A stretch of 58,878 bases of DNA from Gemmatimonadales bacterium (GTDB taxonomy: Bacteria > Gemmatimonadota > Gemmatimonadetes > Gemmatimonadales > GWC2-71-9): assembly GCA_031404115.1 (NCBI GenBank), contig JANNGX010000051.1, forward strand, positions 1 to 58,878, given 5' to 3'. The notes below the pieces were generated by a model. That model worked only from the letters and a program-made list of their open reading frames with translations, was not told the origin of the DNA and did no database searches. Position numbers and translations under genes: made by a program. Numbering within the stretch: the stretch's first letter is position 1; each line of letters starts with the position of its first letter. Positions 19,981 to 29,378 of this stretch are shown here, piece after piece.

Positions 19981-21234
19981 TCAGAAGAAGTCCTGAAGCC
20001 ATCGTTTGACTGGAGCGAAATACTTGTCGACCCCGGCGCCGCGTTTCCCGCCCTCGGGAAACCCGCCACTGGTCATGACCTGTTTTGCGCCGTAGCGGAG
20101 CAGCCCCACCGGCACCGCCATGCGGGGGGACTCGACGCTGTCCACCAGCCCGGTGAGGCCGTCCCCGGGCGTGCCGACCCGGACCGGCATGGCGAACACT
20201 TCGCGAGCCAGCTCCACGATGCCGGGAGCCTGGGCGCCGCCACCGGTAAGGATGATGCCCGCGGCGAGCCGCTGGCGGTAGCCCGCGCGGGAAATCTCGT
20301 CCAGCGCCAGCTCGAGCAGCTCCTGCAGGCGCATGTGCATGATGTGCGCGAGCACCTGGCGATGCGCCGACCGGGCGCCCTGGCCCGGCGTGCCGGGAAG
20401 CTGGAAGACATCGGTGTCGGGCACCATCGGCTCGTACGCGGCGCCAAACCGCTCCTTGATCCGCTCGGCGTCCAGCTGGGTAACCTGCAGGCCGGCCACC
20501 AGGTCACTGGTGACATGCCCGCCGGCAAACATCGAGCTCGCGGTGTGGCGGATCTTGCCGGCGTGGAAAATCGAGACGTTGGTGGATCCGCCACCCAGCT
20601 CGACGATGGCGCAGCCCAGCTCCCGCTCGTCGGGCGTCAGAACCGCCATCGACGCGGCCACCGGCTCCAGGACGAATTCCCCCACGTGGTATCCGGCCTT
20701 CTCGACACACTTGCGAAGGTTCTGCACCGCGCTCGAGAGGACCGTCACGAGGTAGACTTCTGCTTCGAGGCGCGAGCCGGTCATCCCGATGGGCTCGGTG
20801 ATGCCCTCCTGCTGGTCGATCAGGTAGTCCTGGGGAATCGCGTGCAGCAGTTCGTGGTCCCGGCCGAACGAGATATTGCTGGCCACGTCGTTCACCCGCG
20901 CCACGTCGGTGGTGCGGATCTCACTGCCGGTCACTGAGACCACCCCGTGAGAGCTGCGCGCCGCAATGTGCTCGCCCGCCACGCCGCAATACACCGTGCC
21001 GACCTCGACGCCGGCCATGATCTGGGCGTCCTTCATGGCCTTGGCGATGGCGCGCGTGGTTTCGTCGATGTCTCGTACGACACCGCGCCGGACCCCCGCG
21101 GTGCGCTCCGTCGCGGCACCCAGTACCCGGACCCGCGGGTCGCGCACGTCGCCGGTGACCTCGCCGACCAGCGCGACCACCTTGGTGGTGCCGAGATCGA
21201 GCCCGGCCACGAGGAGCCGGGGAGGCTTGGTCAT
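19981..21234 (-). CDS. ftsA: cell division protein FtsA
   Basis: 417 aa, actin-like ATPase pattern (GLDLGTTKV, ELGGGSTN), C-terminal amphipathic helix. Confidence 0.95.
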   Translation of the reverse strand: MTKPPRLLVAGLDLGTTKVVALVGEVTGDVRDPRVRVLGAATERTAGVRRGVVRDIDETTRAIAKAMKDAQIMAGVEVGTVYCGVAGEHIAARSSHGVVSVTGSEIRTTDVARVNDVASNISFGRDHELLHAIPQDYLIDQQEGITEPIGMTGSRLEAEVYLVTVLSSAVQNLRKCVEKAGYHVGEFVLEPVAASMAVLTPDERELGCAIVELGGGSTNVSIFHAGKIRHTASSMFAGGHVTSDLVAGLQVTQLDAERIKERFGAAYEPMVPDTDVFQLPGTPGQGARSAHRQVLAHIMHMRLQELLELALDEISRAGYRQRLAAGIILTGGGAQAPGIVELAREVFAMPVRVGTPGDGLTGLVDSVESPRMAVPVGLLRYGAKQVMTSGGFPEGGKRGAGVDKYFAPVKRWLQDFF

Positions 21235-21902
21235 GCGCCGGCTCCGCGGACCACGATGCGCGAGGCGAATCTCGCGTCGAGCTCGCGCCAGGTGCGACCC
21301 TTGCGGGCCAGGTAGTCGGCCACCAGCACCAGGTGGCGAATCTCCTCGCTGGAAGCGCCGGCGCGGAACCAGAGCCGCCCCGTGGCCAGATCGAGTGCCA
21401 CGTCCCGCTTGACCCGGGCGGCGCGTTCCACCCTCGCGAAGAGATCAGGCTCGGTCTCCCGCATCCGCGCCAGCAACCCGGCGACCGCCGAATCGGCTTC
21501 GGCGAGCGGAAGATCCTCGGCGGGACGCGTGGGATCAAAGGGCAACTCGCGACCGGCCTGATCGAGCAACACCAGCCGTCCATTCCGCTCGGACAGCGCC
21601 ACCGGCTCGGCCTCGCGAACCGTCACCCGGATCGTGCCGGGCAATCGGCGGCTCACCCGGACCTCGAGCACACCGGCCACCTGCGCCGCGCGCCCCGCGA
21701 GCGCCTTGGTGCCGTCGAAGATGCTGGCGCCCCTCGGGACTGCGAGGGCGCGGGCCATGGCCGCCGGAGTGAGGTAGTGCGCGCCAACCAGCTCGACCCG
21801 CTGGATCGAAAAGAAGGGGAGTTTTCTGAGCAGCTTGAATCCACCCACCCCGGCCAGGAGCAGCAGGACGCCGGCGCCCGAGAGCAGCAGGACTCGCTTC
21901 AC
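21231..21902 (-). CDS. ftsQ: cell division protein FtsQ (POTRA)
   Basis: 223 aa. N-terminal TM helix followed by a POTRA-like IQRVELVGAHYL. Its position between murC and ftsA and overlaps at both ends support the call. Confidence 0.8.
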   Translation of the reverse strand: MKRVLLLSGAGVLLLLAGVGGFKLLRKLPFFSIQRVELVGAHYLTPAAMARALAVPRGASIFDGTKALAGRAAQVAGVLEVRVSRRLPGTIRVTVREAEPVALSERNGRLVLLDQAGRELPFDPTRPAEDLPLAEADSAVAGLLARMRETEPDLFARVERAARVKRDVALDLATGRLWFRAGASSEEIRHLVLVADYLARKGRTWRELDARFASRIVVRGAGA

Positions 21903-23272
21903 GAGGCCACGACCAGATCGCGGACTTCGCGACTCACCCGGTTGATGTCCCCGGCGCCGAGGGCGAGGAGCAGGTCTCCCCGATACAGTTCGGCGGCGAC
22001 CCGCCGGGCCAGCGCCTCGCGAAGCGGCTCATAAATGACGTGGGCCCCGTGGGACCGCGCCGACTGGGCCACCAGCGCTCCGGTGATTCCGGGAATCGGC
22101 TGCTCGCGGGATGGGTAGACATCGGTCACGATGGCCAGATCTGCCGTGGCGAGCGCCTGGCCCATTGCTTCGTGGTGTTCCCTGGTGCGGGAGAAGAGAT
22201 GCGGCTGGAAGAGGGCCACGAGCCGCCGGTCCGGGTAGGCCTGGCGCGCGGCGGCCAGCGCGGCGCGGAGCTCGGTAGGGTGGTGGGCGTAGTCGTCGAC
22301 GATGACCACACCGCCGAATTCGCCAAGCCGGTCGAACCGCCGCCCGACGCCGCGGAACCTGGCCAGCGCCTCGAGCGCCGGCTCGGGATTTCCCCCCAGC
22401 GCCACCACCACACCCATAGCGGCCGTCGCGTTCCGGAGATTGTGGATTCCCGGGACGACCAGGCGAAGCGGGAGAGTGGTGCCGGTAGGCAAGGTGAGCG
22501 TGGCGGATGTCCCGTCAGGTGTGGTGTCGATGGCGTCGAGACGCAGGGCCGAGGCATCCGGTCCGAACCGCCAGACCCGCTCCTGGGGAAGCCGGGCCGC
22601 CACCCGCTCGGCGCCGCCGGAGTCGTTTCCCACCAGCACGCGCTCGGCGCGGGCCGCAAAGGTCACGAAGGCCCCCTCCAACGCGTCCAGGGAACCGTAG
22701 CATTCGAGGTGATCGGATTCGACGTTGTTCACCACCGCGATGGTTGGATGAAGCGAGAGAAAGGCCTGGTCGTACTCGTCCGCTTCCACGACGAATAAAT
22801 CGTCACCGCCGAGCCGCGCGTTCCCGCCCCACGCCTCCACTCGTCCACCGGCCAGGCCCGTCACCCCGAAGCCGGCCGCCGCCACCGCCTCGGTGGTCAT
22901 GGCGGTGGTGGTGGTCTTTCCATGCGTGCCTGCGATGGCCACGCTGCGGGCCCTCCCGATGAGGCCGGCAAGCGCCTCTTTCCGCGGGATGACCGGGATG
23001 TTTCGCGCCCGGGCCGCTGCGACCTCGACGTGACCCACTGGAATGGCGGCACTCACGACCACCGCCCGCGCATCTCCGACATTGGAGGCGTGGTGACCCG
23101 CGAAGACCCGGGCACCCTGATCGACCAGGTCACCGCACCCGCTGGGATCGGCATCGGACCCGGTGACGGCGAGTCCCCGCTTCAGAGCGATGGCTGCCAG
23201 CGCACTCATCCCGGCGCCCCCGATCCCGACGATGTGCAGCGGCCGGGGATCCGAGGGGAGAAAGAGGTTCAT
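21899..23272 (-). CDS. murC: UDP-N-acetylmuramate--L-alanine ligase
   Basis: IVGIGGAGMSALA, GTHGKTTTT, Mur ligase middle and C-terminal domains. Confidence 0.95.
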   Translation of the reverse strand: MNLFLPSDPRPLHIVGIGGAGMSALAAIALKRGLAVTGSDADPSGCGDLVDQGARVFAGHHASNVGDARAVVVSAAIPVGHVEVAAARARNIPVIPRKEALAGLIGRARSVAIAGTHGKTTTTAMTTEAVAAAGFGVTGLAGGRVEAWGGNARLGGDDLFVVEADEYDQAFLSLHPTIAVVNNVESDHLECYGSLDALEGAFVTFAARAERVLVGNDSGGAERVAARLPQERVWRFGPDASALRLDAIDTTPDGTSATLTLPTGTTLPLRLVVPGIHNLRNATAAMGVVVALGGNPEPALEALARFRGVGRRFDRLGEFGGVVIVDDYAHHPTELRAALAAARQAYPDRRLVALFQPHLFSRTREHHEAMGQALATADLAIVTDVYPSREQPIPGITGALVAQSARSHGAHVIYEPLREALARRVAAELYRGDLLLALGAGDINRVSREVRDLVVAS

Positions 23273-23321
23273 GATGGATGGTCTAATCTAAAACAGCACC
23301 GCAACTTGGGAAAGGCCGCCC

Positions 23322-24428
23322 CTACCCCGAAAGAATCCCGATACGAGCCGAAATCTGGGCGGCGGCGTCGGGCCGGCCCCGGCGTCGGGCCGCACTCGCC
23401 ATCAAGGCCAGTCGCTCGGGGGATTCCAGTAGCTGGCCCACCAATCCGCGCTCCAGGGCGGCCGGGAAGTCCTGCTGGGGGACGTAGATCGCCGCGCCGG
23501 CCTGGTCCATCACGCGGGCGTTCGGGGTCTGATGATCCGCGGCGGCGGTCGGGAGCGGGATCAGGATCGAGGGTATTCCCCAGGCAGCCAGCTCCGCCAC
23601 CGTCATCATTCCCGCCCTGGAAATAGCCAGGGTCGCGACGGCATAGGCGTCCGCCATGGGGTCGAGAAAGTCGAAGACGTGCGTGGCGGGCGGTGCATGC
23701 CGGCCACGAAAATCGGCATGGGTGGCTCGGCCGGTGGCCCAGAGAATTTGAATCCCGTCCGCGCCGCCGGAGTCGATCCATGCGGCGACCGCCTGGTTGA
23801 TGAAGAGTGCTCCCTGGCTCCCCCCGGTCACCAGGAGTACCGGACGCGAGGGATCGAGATCGAACCGGCGGAACGCCGCGGCGCGGAGCCCCGCGTCGGG
23901 CGGCGCGATGGGATTGCCGGTGTCGAGCACCACGGTCGCGGGCCCTGGCGTCAGATACCGGCGCGCTTCCGGCACGCCGAGCCAGATTTCCCGAACCCGC
24001 GGCGAGAGCCACCGGGTCGCGATCCCGGGATAGGCGTTCTGCTCCTGGATGGCGGTGGGAATCCCGCGACGCGCCGCACGCCAGACCACCGGGCCCGACG
24101 CGTACCCGCCCGTGCCGATCACCACCGCCGGTCGCTCGCGGTCGAGCAGACCGTCCACCGCTCGAATCAGGCGCAATGCCAGGAAGGGCCAGCGCAGGTT
24201 CTTCCACCATTGACGCCGGTAGATCGGTTCGGCGGGCAGGAGCTGGAAGGGAAAGTCACGGCGGGGCAGCAGGATCGCTTCGACCCCTCGGGAAGCGCCG
24301 GCCAGCACGATTCGCCAATCGGGGTGCTCCTGCCGGAGTCGCGCCGCGATGGCGAGGGCGGGCATGAGATGGCCGCCGGTGCCTCCTCCTGCGATCAGGA
24401 CGGTGAGCGGCAACCGGTCACCGGTCAC
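23322..24428 (-). CDS. murG: UDP-GlcNAc:lipid I N-acetylglucosaminyltransferase MurG
   Basis: LIAGGGTGGHLMPALA and C-terminal GGSQGA. I place the start at GTG 24428, overlapping the ftsW stop (GTGA). The 611-aa ORF-track version extends through ftsW in another frame. Confidence 0.93.
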   Translation of the reverse strand: MTGDRLPLTVLIAGGGTGGHLMPALAIAARLRQEHPDWRIVLAGASRGVEAILLPRRDFPFQLLPAEPIYRRQWWKNLRWPFLALRLIRAVDGLLDRERPAVVIGTGGYASGPVVWRAARRGIPTAIQEQNAYPGIATRWLSPRVREIWLGVPEARRYLTPGPATVVLDTGNPIAPPDAGLRAAAFRRFDLDPSRPVLLVTGGSQGALFINQAVAAWIDSGGADGIQILWATGRATHADFRGRHAPPATHVFDFLDPMADAYAVATLAISRAGMMTVAELAAWGIPSILIPLPTAAADHQTPNARVMDQAGAAIYVPQQDFPAALERGLVGQLLESPERLALMASAARRRGRPDAAAQISARIGILSG

Positions 24429-25546
24429 TGCCTCACCCGTTTTCCCCGCGCTCTCCCGATATTGATCAGCACGCCCACGGAAACGAGCGTCATCACCAGT
24501 CCGGAGCGGCCGTAGGACATGAAAGGCAGGCCGAGGCCGGTGGTGGGCATCAGGCCAAGATTCACGGCGGTGTGGAGCAAGGCGGCCAGCGCCACCGTGG
24601 CCGTGATGCCGGTGGCCACGTACTGACCGAACGGATCGAGGGCCGTTCTCGCGATGCGGAATCCCAGCCAGCAGAAGATCGCGAACAGCAGCGCGATCAC
24701 CGTGACGCCGAGAAATCCCCACTCCTCCCCGATGGTGGCCGCGAGAAAATCGGAGTAGCCATACGGCAGATACCGCATTTTGAGCTGACCGTGCCCGTAG
24801 CCCACCCCCAGGGCGCCGCCCGAGCCAAAGCCCAGGATCGCCTGGGTCAGCTGAAAGTCCGACTGGCCGCACGGCTCCAGGAAACACTTGAGTCGGGTGA
24901 GCCGGTACGGCTCTGCCCAGATCAGGGAGATGCCGGCGAACACCCCGGCGACACCGAGCAGGAGGAAGTGGCCGATCTTGGCTCCGGCCGTGAACAGCAC
25001 CACTCCGCCGATCAGCGCCACCAGCACGGCCGTGGAAAGATTGGGCTCGAGCAGAATGAGCAGCGACACGAGGCCGATGACCAGCAGGAAGGGGAACAGT
25101 CCCTTCTTGAAGCCGCGGACCGCGTCGCCCTTTTTCGCGGCGAGCATCGCGGCCCACACCACCACCGCGAAGCGGGCGACCTCCGACGGCTGCACGGTGA
25201 TCGGGCCAAAGGCCACCCAGCGATGGGCCCCGTTGCGAAACGGGCGGATCGTCTCGGGGAACGGCAGCAGGGGAATCAGCAGCAACCCGACGGCACAGAG
25301 CAGAACCGGCCAGGCCAGCGTGCGCCAGCGATGGTAGTCCATTCGAGACACGATGATCATGACCACCGCGCCGGCCAGGGCACCAACCAGCTGCTTCAGG
25401 AAAAATCCGAAAGCGCCCTTCTCGAGGGTGGCGGCGGCGTAGAGGCTCGCGATGCCGAACACCGTCAGGACCGCCGTGACCACCACGAGCAGCCGGGTTT
25501 CCCAGCGGAGATCGCCGGGATCGCGCAGCGGCGGGGCCGTTACCAT
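24425..25546 (-). CDS. ftsW: SEDS-family lipid II flippase/polymerase FtsW
   Basis: 373 aa, about 10 TM helices, typical SEDS motifs (QPSE, GLPFMSYGRS). Confidence 0.9.
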   Translation of the reverse strand: MVTAPPLRDPGDLRWETRLLVVVTAVLTVFGIASLYAAATLEKGAFGFFLKQLVGALAGAVVMIIVSRMDYHRWRTLAWPVLLCAVGLLLIPLLPFPETIRPFRNGAHRWVAFGPITVQPSEVARFAVVVWAAMLAAKKGDAVRGFKKGLFPFLLVIGLVSLLILLEPNLSTAVLVALIGGVVLFTAGAKIGHFLLLGVAGVFAGISLIWAEPYRLTRLKCFLEPCGQSDFQLTQAILGFGSGGALGVGYGHGQLKMRYLPYGYSDFLAATIGEEWGFLGVTVIALLFAIFCWLGFRIARTALDPFGQYVATGITATVALAALLHTAVNLGLMPTTGLGLPFMSYGRSGLVMTLVSVGVLINIGRARGKRVRQ

Positions 25547-26895
25547 GACTCGACGATCTCGCGGAAACGGCGGCCGCGCGCCTCGTAGTTGGTGAACATG
25601 TCGTAACTGGAGCAGGCCGGCGACAAGACCACCGCGTCTCCGGCGCGGGCCAGCCCCCTGGCCCGCGCCATGACCGCGTCGAAGCTGCCCTCGGTCAGCA
25701 CCGGGGTGCCCAAGCCCGCCAGATCCTGCACGATGATCGGCCCCGCTTCACCGAACGCAATCACCGCGCGGCACCGGCCCGCCAGGAGCGCCCCGAGGCG
25801 GGTGTACGGCTCGCCCTTGTGGCGGCCGCCGAGGAGCAGCACGAAGCTCCGGGTCACCGCCCGGATCGCCACCTCGGTCGAGGCGATATTGGTGGCCTTC
25901 GAGTCGTTGATCCAGAGTACCCGGTCCAGCTCGCGCACCGGTTCCATCCGATGCGGGAGCGCGCCGAAAGTCGCCAGGCCCTTCGCGATCTCCGGGAGGC
26001 TCACCCCGGTGGCCTGGACGGCGAGCGCCGCGGCCAGTGCGTTGGCCACGTTGTGATCGCCCATCAGGCCCAGCTCCGTCCGCGGGAGCAACGCCTCCGC
26101 GCCGATCCGGAGGAGCCCGGCCGCGGCGTCGAACCAGCCATCGGTTTCGTGGACGACCGAGAAGCGGAGATGCCGTCCCGCGACTCCGTGCACCAGCACC
26201 CGCGAGGCCGCATCATCCTCATTGGTCACCCAGACCGAATCGGCCGAGGCGCACTGAAAAAGGCGTCGCTTGTCTTCGTAGTACTCGCCGAGCGTGGCGT
26301 AGCGGTCCAGATGGTCGGGGGCCAGATTGGTGAGCACGCCCACATCGGGCTCGACCCGTCGCATGTCGTGAAGCTGAAACGAGCTCAGCTCCACCGCGAG
26401 CCACTCCGGTGGCACCGGTTCCAGCGCTATTTCGCAGAGCGGCGTGCCGATGTTGCCCGCGGTTTCCGCGTGGCATCCGGTCGAGGCGAGCAGGTGGCCG
26501 ATCAATGCGGTGGTGGTGGTCTTGCCGTTGGTTCCGGTCACCGCGATGTACGGAACGCCGTCGAGCGCTTCGAGGCCGAGCTCCGCCTCGGCCTGCACCG
26601 GCACTCCCCCGCGGCGCGCCGCCACCAGGGGCGGGGCGTCGGGCGGCACGCCCGGTGACACGATGCAGAGGCCCGCGTTGCCGATACGGACCAGATCGTG
26701 TCCGCCAAGGTCCACCGCCGCTCCCATGGTGCGAAGCCCGCGTCCCAGCTCCTCCAGCGCCGGGAACTTCCCCGCGTCGGAGGCGTAGACCGGGCGGCCG
26801 GCCCGGAGCAGGAGCCGGGTGGCCGCCACGCCGCTCCGTCCCAGCCCGATGACCGCCACTTCGCGGCCATCGGGTGCGATGCGGTCGGGTTTCAC
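25540..26895 (-). CDS. murD: UDP-N-acetylmuramoylalanine--D-glutamate ligase
   Basis: VIGLGRSGVAA and GTNGKTTTT. Start at GTG 26895, overlapping the mraY stop (GTGA). The 829-aa ORF-track version is an out-of-frame run through mraY. Confidence 0.93.
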   Translation of the reverse strand: MKPDRIAPDGREVAVIGLGRSGVAATRLLLRAGRPVYASDAGKFPALEELGRGLRTMGAAVDLGGHDLVRIGNAGLCIVSPGVPPDAPPLVAARRGGVPVQAEAELGLEALDGVPYIAVTGTNGKTTTTALIGHLLASTGCHAETAGNIGTPLCEIALEPVPPEWLAVELSSFQLHDMRRVEPDVGVLTNLAPDHLDRYATLGEYYEDKRRLFQCASADSVWVTNEDDAASRVLVHGVAGRHLRFSVVHETDGWFDAAAGLLRIGAEALLPRTELGLMGDHNVANALAAALAVQATGVSLPEIAKGLATFGALPHRMEPVRELDRVLWINDSKATNIASTEVAIRAVTRSFVLLLGGRHKGEPYTRLGALLAGRCRAVIAFGEAGPIIVQDLAGLGTPVLTEGSFDAVMARARGLARAGDAVVLSPACSSYDMFTNYEARGRRFREIVESW

Positions 26896-28019
26896 CTGAG
26901 CTTGAGGGTGGCCAGCGCCAGCAGTGCGCAGAAAATACCGAGGATGTAAAACCGGGTCACCACGGTGGTTTCGGCCCAGCCCTTCTTTTCGAAATGGTGG
27001 TGAAGCGGCGCCATCCGGAACACCCGGTGCGCATCGGCGTACTCCCGGCCCCGGGTGCGCTTGAACCACTTGTATACGCCCATCTGGAGCATCACCGACA
27101 CCTGTTCCGCCACGAAGACGCCGCCGATAATGAGAAGCAGGAATTCGGCCTTGAGCAGAATGCTCACCGTGCCCAGCGCGCCACCGATGGCCAGGCTTCC
27201 GGTGTCTCCCATGAAGACCTGGGCCGGATGGGCGTTGAACCAGAGGAAGCCCAGCGCCGCCCCCATCAGCGCCGCGCAGAACACCGTGAGCTCCCCCGAC
27301 CCGGGCAGGTAGTAGAACTGCAGGTAGGTGGTGGTGTCGACCCGGCCGAATACATAAGCGAAAAAAGCGAAGGCGGCCGCCGCGATGGCGGTGAGTCCCG
27401 CCGCGAGTCCGTCCAGGCCATCCGCCATGTTCACCGCGTTGCTGCTCCCGGTCACCACCACCGTCACGAAGGTCACATAGAGCCACGGCGCCAGCACCAG
27501 CACGGTGTACTTGATGAAGGGGACCGTGGTAGCGCTTCCCGGGATGGTCCCGGGAGCCACCACCGGGTCGTAGAGCAGGTAGCACCCCAGCGCCACTCCG
27601 AACAGGCATTGGCCCACCAGCTTCCACTTGGCCACCAGTCCCCGGGACTTTCCCTCGACGATTTTCAGGTAGTCGTCCAGGAACCCGATGGCACCGGTCC
27701 AGAGGGTGGCCAGAATTGCGACCACGACGAACCGGTTGTTGAGCGGAGCCCACAGCAGGGTCGGGATGATCGTGGCGAGCAGGATGATCAGTCCGCCCAT
27801 GGTCGGCGTGCCCCGCTTGCCCTGGTGGCTGGCGAGGCCTTCGGAACGAACCACCTGCCCGATTTTCTTCTCGCGGAGCCGGGCGATGATGGAGGGCCCC
27901 ACCAGGAACGCGAACAGCAGCGCCGACAGCATCGCCCCCGCGGCGCGGAAGCTGATGTAGTTGAAGAGATTGAAAATGATGTGGTCGCGAGCGAGGGGAG
28001 CCAGGAGATGATACAGCAT
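26892..28019 (-). CDS. mraY: phospho-N-acetylmuramoyl-pentapeptide transferase
   Basis: 375 aa. MLYHLL, KKGTPTMGG, NAVNMADGLDGLA, HHHFE. Confidence 0.97.
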   Translation of the reverse strand: MLYHLLAPLARDHIIFNLFNYISFRAAGAMLSALLFAFLVGPSIIARLREKKIGQVVRSEGLASHQGKRGTPTMGGLIILLATIIPTLLWAPLNNRFVVVAILATLWTGAIGFLDDYLKIVEGKSRGLVAKWKLVGQCLFGVALGCYLLYDPVVAPGTIPGSATTVPFIKYTVLVLAPWLYVTFVTVVVTGSSNAVNMADGLDGLAAGLTAIAAAAFAFFAYVFGRVDTTTYLQFYYLPGSGELTVFCAALMGAALGFLWFNAHPAQVFMGDTGSLAIGGALGTVSILLKAEFLLLIIGGVFVAEQVSVMLQMGVYKWFKRTRGREYADAHRVFRMAPLHHHFEKKGWAETTVVTRFYILGIFCALLALATLKLR

Positions 28020-28025
28020 GGCGCC

Positions 28026-29378
28026 TCAAGTCGTGGAGGACGACGAGCGTGCCACAAGATCAGGGAGGACCCGTTCCAACGCAACGCCCCGGCTGCCCTT
28101 GAGCACTACCAGTTCATTGCCCTCGATGCGCGCCGCGAGCTTCGGCGCGAGCAGCGTGGCGTCCGGGGCGGTGAGGAGGCGGTTGCCCAGTGCGGCGCGG
28201 TACGGCTCCAGGGCCGGAACGAAATCGCCGACGGCCGCCAGCAGGTCTGGCCGAAGCCCGACCAGCAAGGCGGCGATTTCCGAGTGGTGTGCCGCCGACG
28301 ACTCGCCCAGCTCGCGCATGGTTCCGGCCACGAACACCAGCCGCCGCTTGCCCCGGAGCGAGCGCGCCAGCTCGATCGCCGCGCGAAAGGATGCCGGGTT
28401 GGCGTTGTAGGCGTCGTGGAGCACGGACAGCCCCCCGTGCTGCGAGAGCTCGCCCCGGCCCCCCGGAAGCGGGAGCGCCTCCAGGCTTCGCGCTACCCGG
28501 GCCGGGTCGAGCCCGAGCGCCTCCGTCACCGCCCAGGCGAGCATCGCATTTCCCGCCTGATGTTTCCCGCGCGCGTCCAGCAGGAAACGCTGATCACCCA
28601 CCGACAGCCGGGGGCGGCCATCCGCGGTCATCTCGACGCGGAGGGGCACCCGGTCCGCGTCCCGAAGCCCCGCGGTGATGACCTTTCGTGCCCGCTGGCG
28701 CGCCAGGTCGGCCAGCCCGGACGGCTCGGTGCCCACCAGCGCCAGCGGTACCCCGTCCAGAAGCGAGAGCTTTTCGTTGAGCACGCCCTCCCCGCTGCCG
28801 AAGCCTTCGAGATGCCCCGCCGTCACGTTGGTGATGATGGCGATACTGGGCTCGATGACCTCCCGATGGCGGGCCATCTCCCCCTGCAGGCTGGCGCCCG
28901 CTTCGACCACCAGTGCCTCGGTGTCGGCCGGCGCCTCGAGAATCGTGAGCGGAACGCCGATCAGATTGTTGAGGTTGATCCGGGTGGCCCAGGTGCGGTA
29001 CCGGGTCCGAAGCGCCTGCGCCAACATTTCCTTGGTGGACGTCTTGCCGTTGGTTCCGGTGATCGCGATGACGGGACCGGTGATGGTCTTGCGTCGCGCG
29101 TGAGCCAGATCGCCCAGGGCACGGACCGTGTCGTCCACCGGATAGAGCGCCAAGCCCGGAACCGGAGCGGTGCCGCGGCGCACCACCGCCCCGGTAGCGC
29201 CGGCTGCCTGGGCGCCGGGCAGGAAGTCGTGCGCGTCGAACCGTTCCCCCTTGAGCGCCACGAACAGGGCACCCGGCGCGATCGCGCGGGTGTCGATCGA
29301 AATGCCGGAGTAGACGGCGTCGGTGGCGGGGCCGGACAGGCCCAGGGCGGCGCGGACCACACGATCGCTCCATTTCAT
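28026..29378 (-). CDS. murF: UDP-N-acetylmuramoyl-tripeptide--D-alanyl-D-alanine ligase
   Basis: ITGTNGKTSTKEM, Mur ligase pattern. ATG overlaps the murE stop (ATGA). Confidence 0.93.
   Translation of the reverse strand: MKWSDRVVRAALGLSGPATDAVYSGISIDTRAIAPGALFVALKGERFDAHDFLPGAQAAGATGAVVRRGTAPVPGLALYPVDDTVRALGDLAHARRKTITGPVIAITGTNGKTSTKEMLAQALRTRYRTWATRINLNNLIGVPLTILEAPADTEALVVEAGASLQGEMARHREVIEPSIAIITNVTAGHLEGFGSGEGVLNEKLSLLDGVPLALVGTEPSGLADLARQRARKVITAGLRDADRVPLRVEMTADGRPRLSVGDQRFLLDARGKHQAGNAMLAWAVTEALGLDPARVARSLEALPLPGGRGELSQHGGLSVLHDAYNANPASFRAAIELARSLRGKRRLVFVAGTMRELGESSAAHHSEIAALLVGLRPDLLAAVGDFVPALEPYRAALGNRLLTAPDATLLAPKLAARIEGNELVVLKGSRGVALERVLPDLVARSSSSTT

Noticed and set aside
23322-25157. 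Very long minus-strand ORFs suggesting fused proteins (611 aa at murG, 829 aa at 25540..28029, 853 aa at 29375..31936)
   Set aside because: Their N-terminal parts are out-of-frame read-through across ftsW, mraY and ftsI with junk composition. Each real gene starts at a GTG that overlaps the upstream stop (24428, 26895, 30862).
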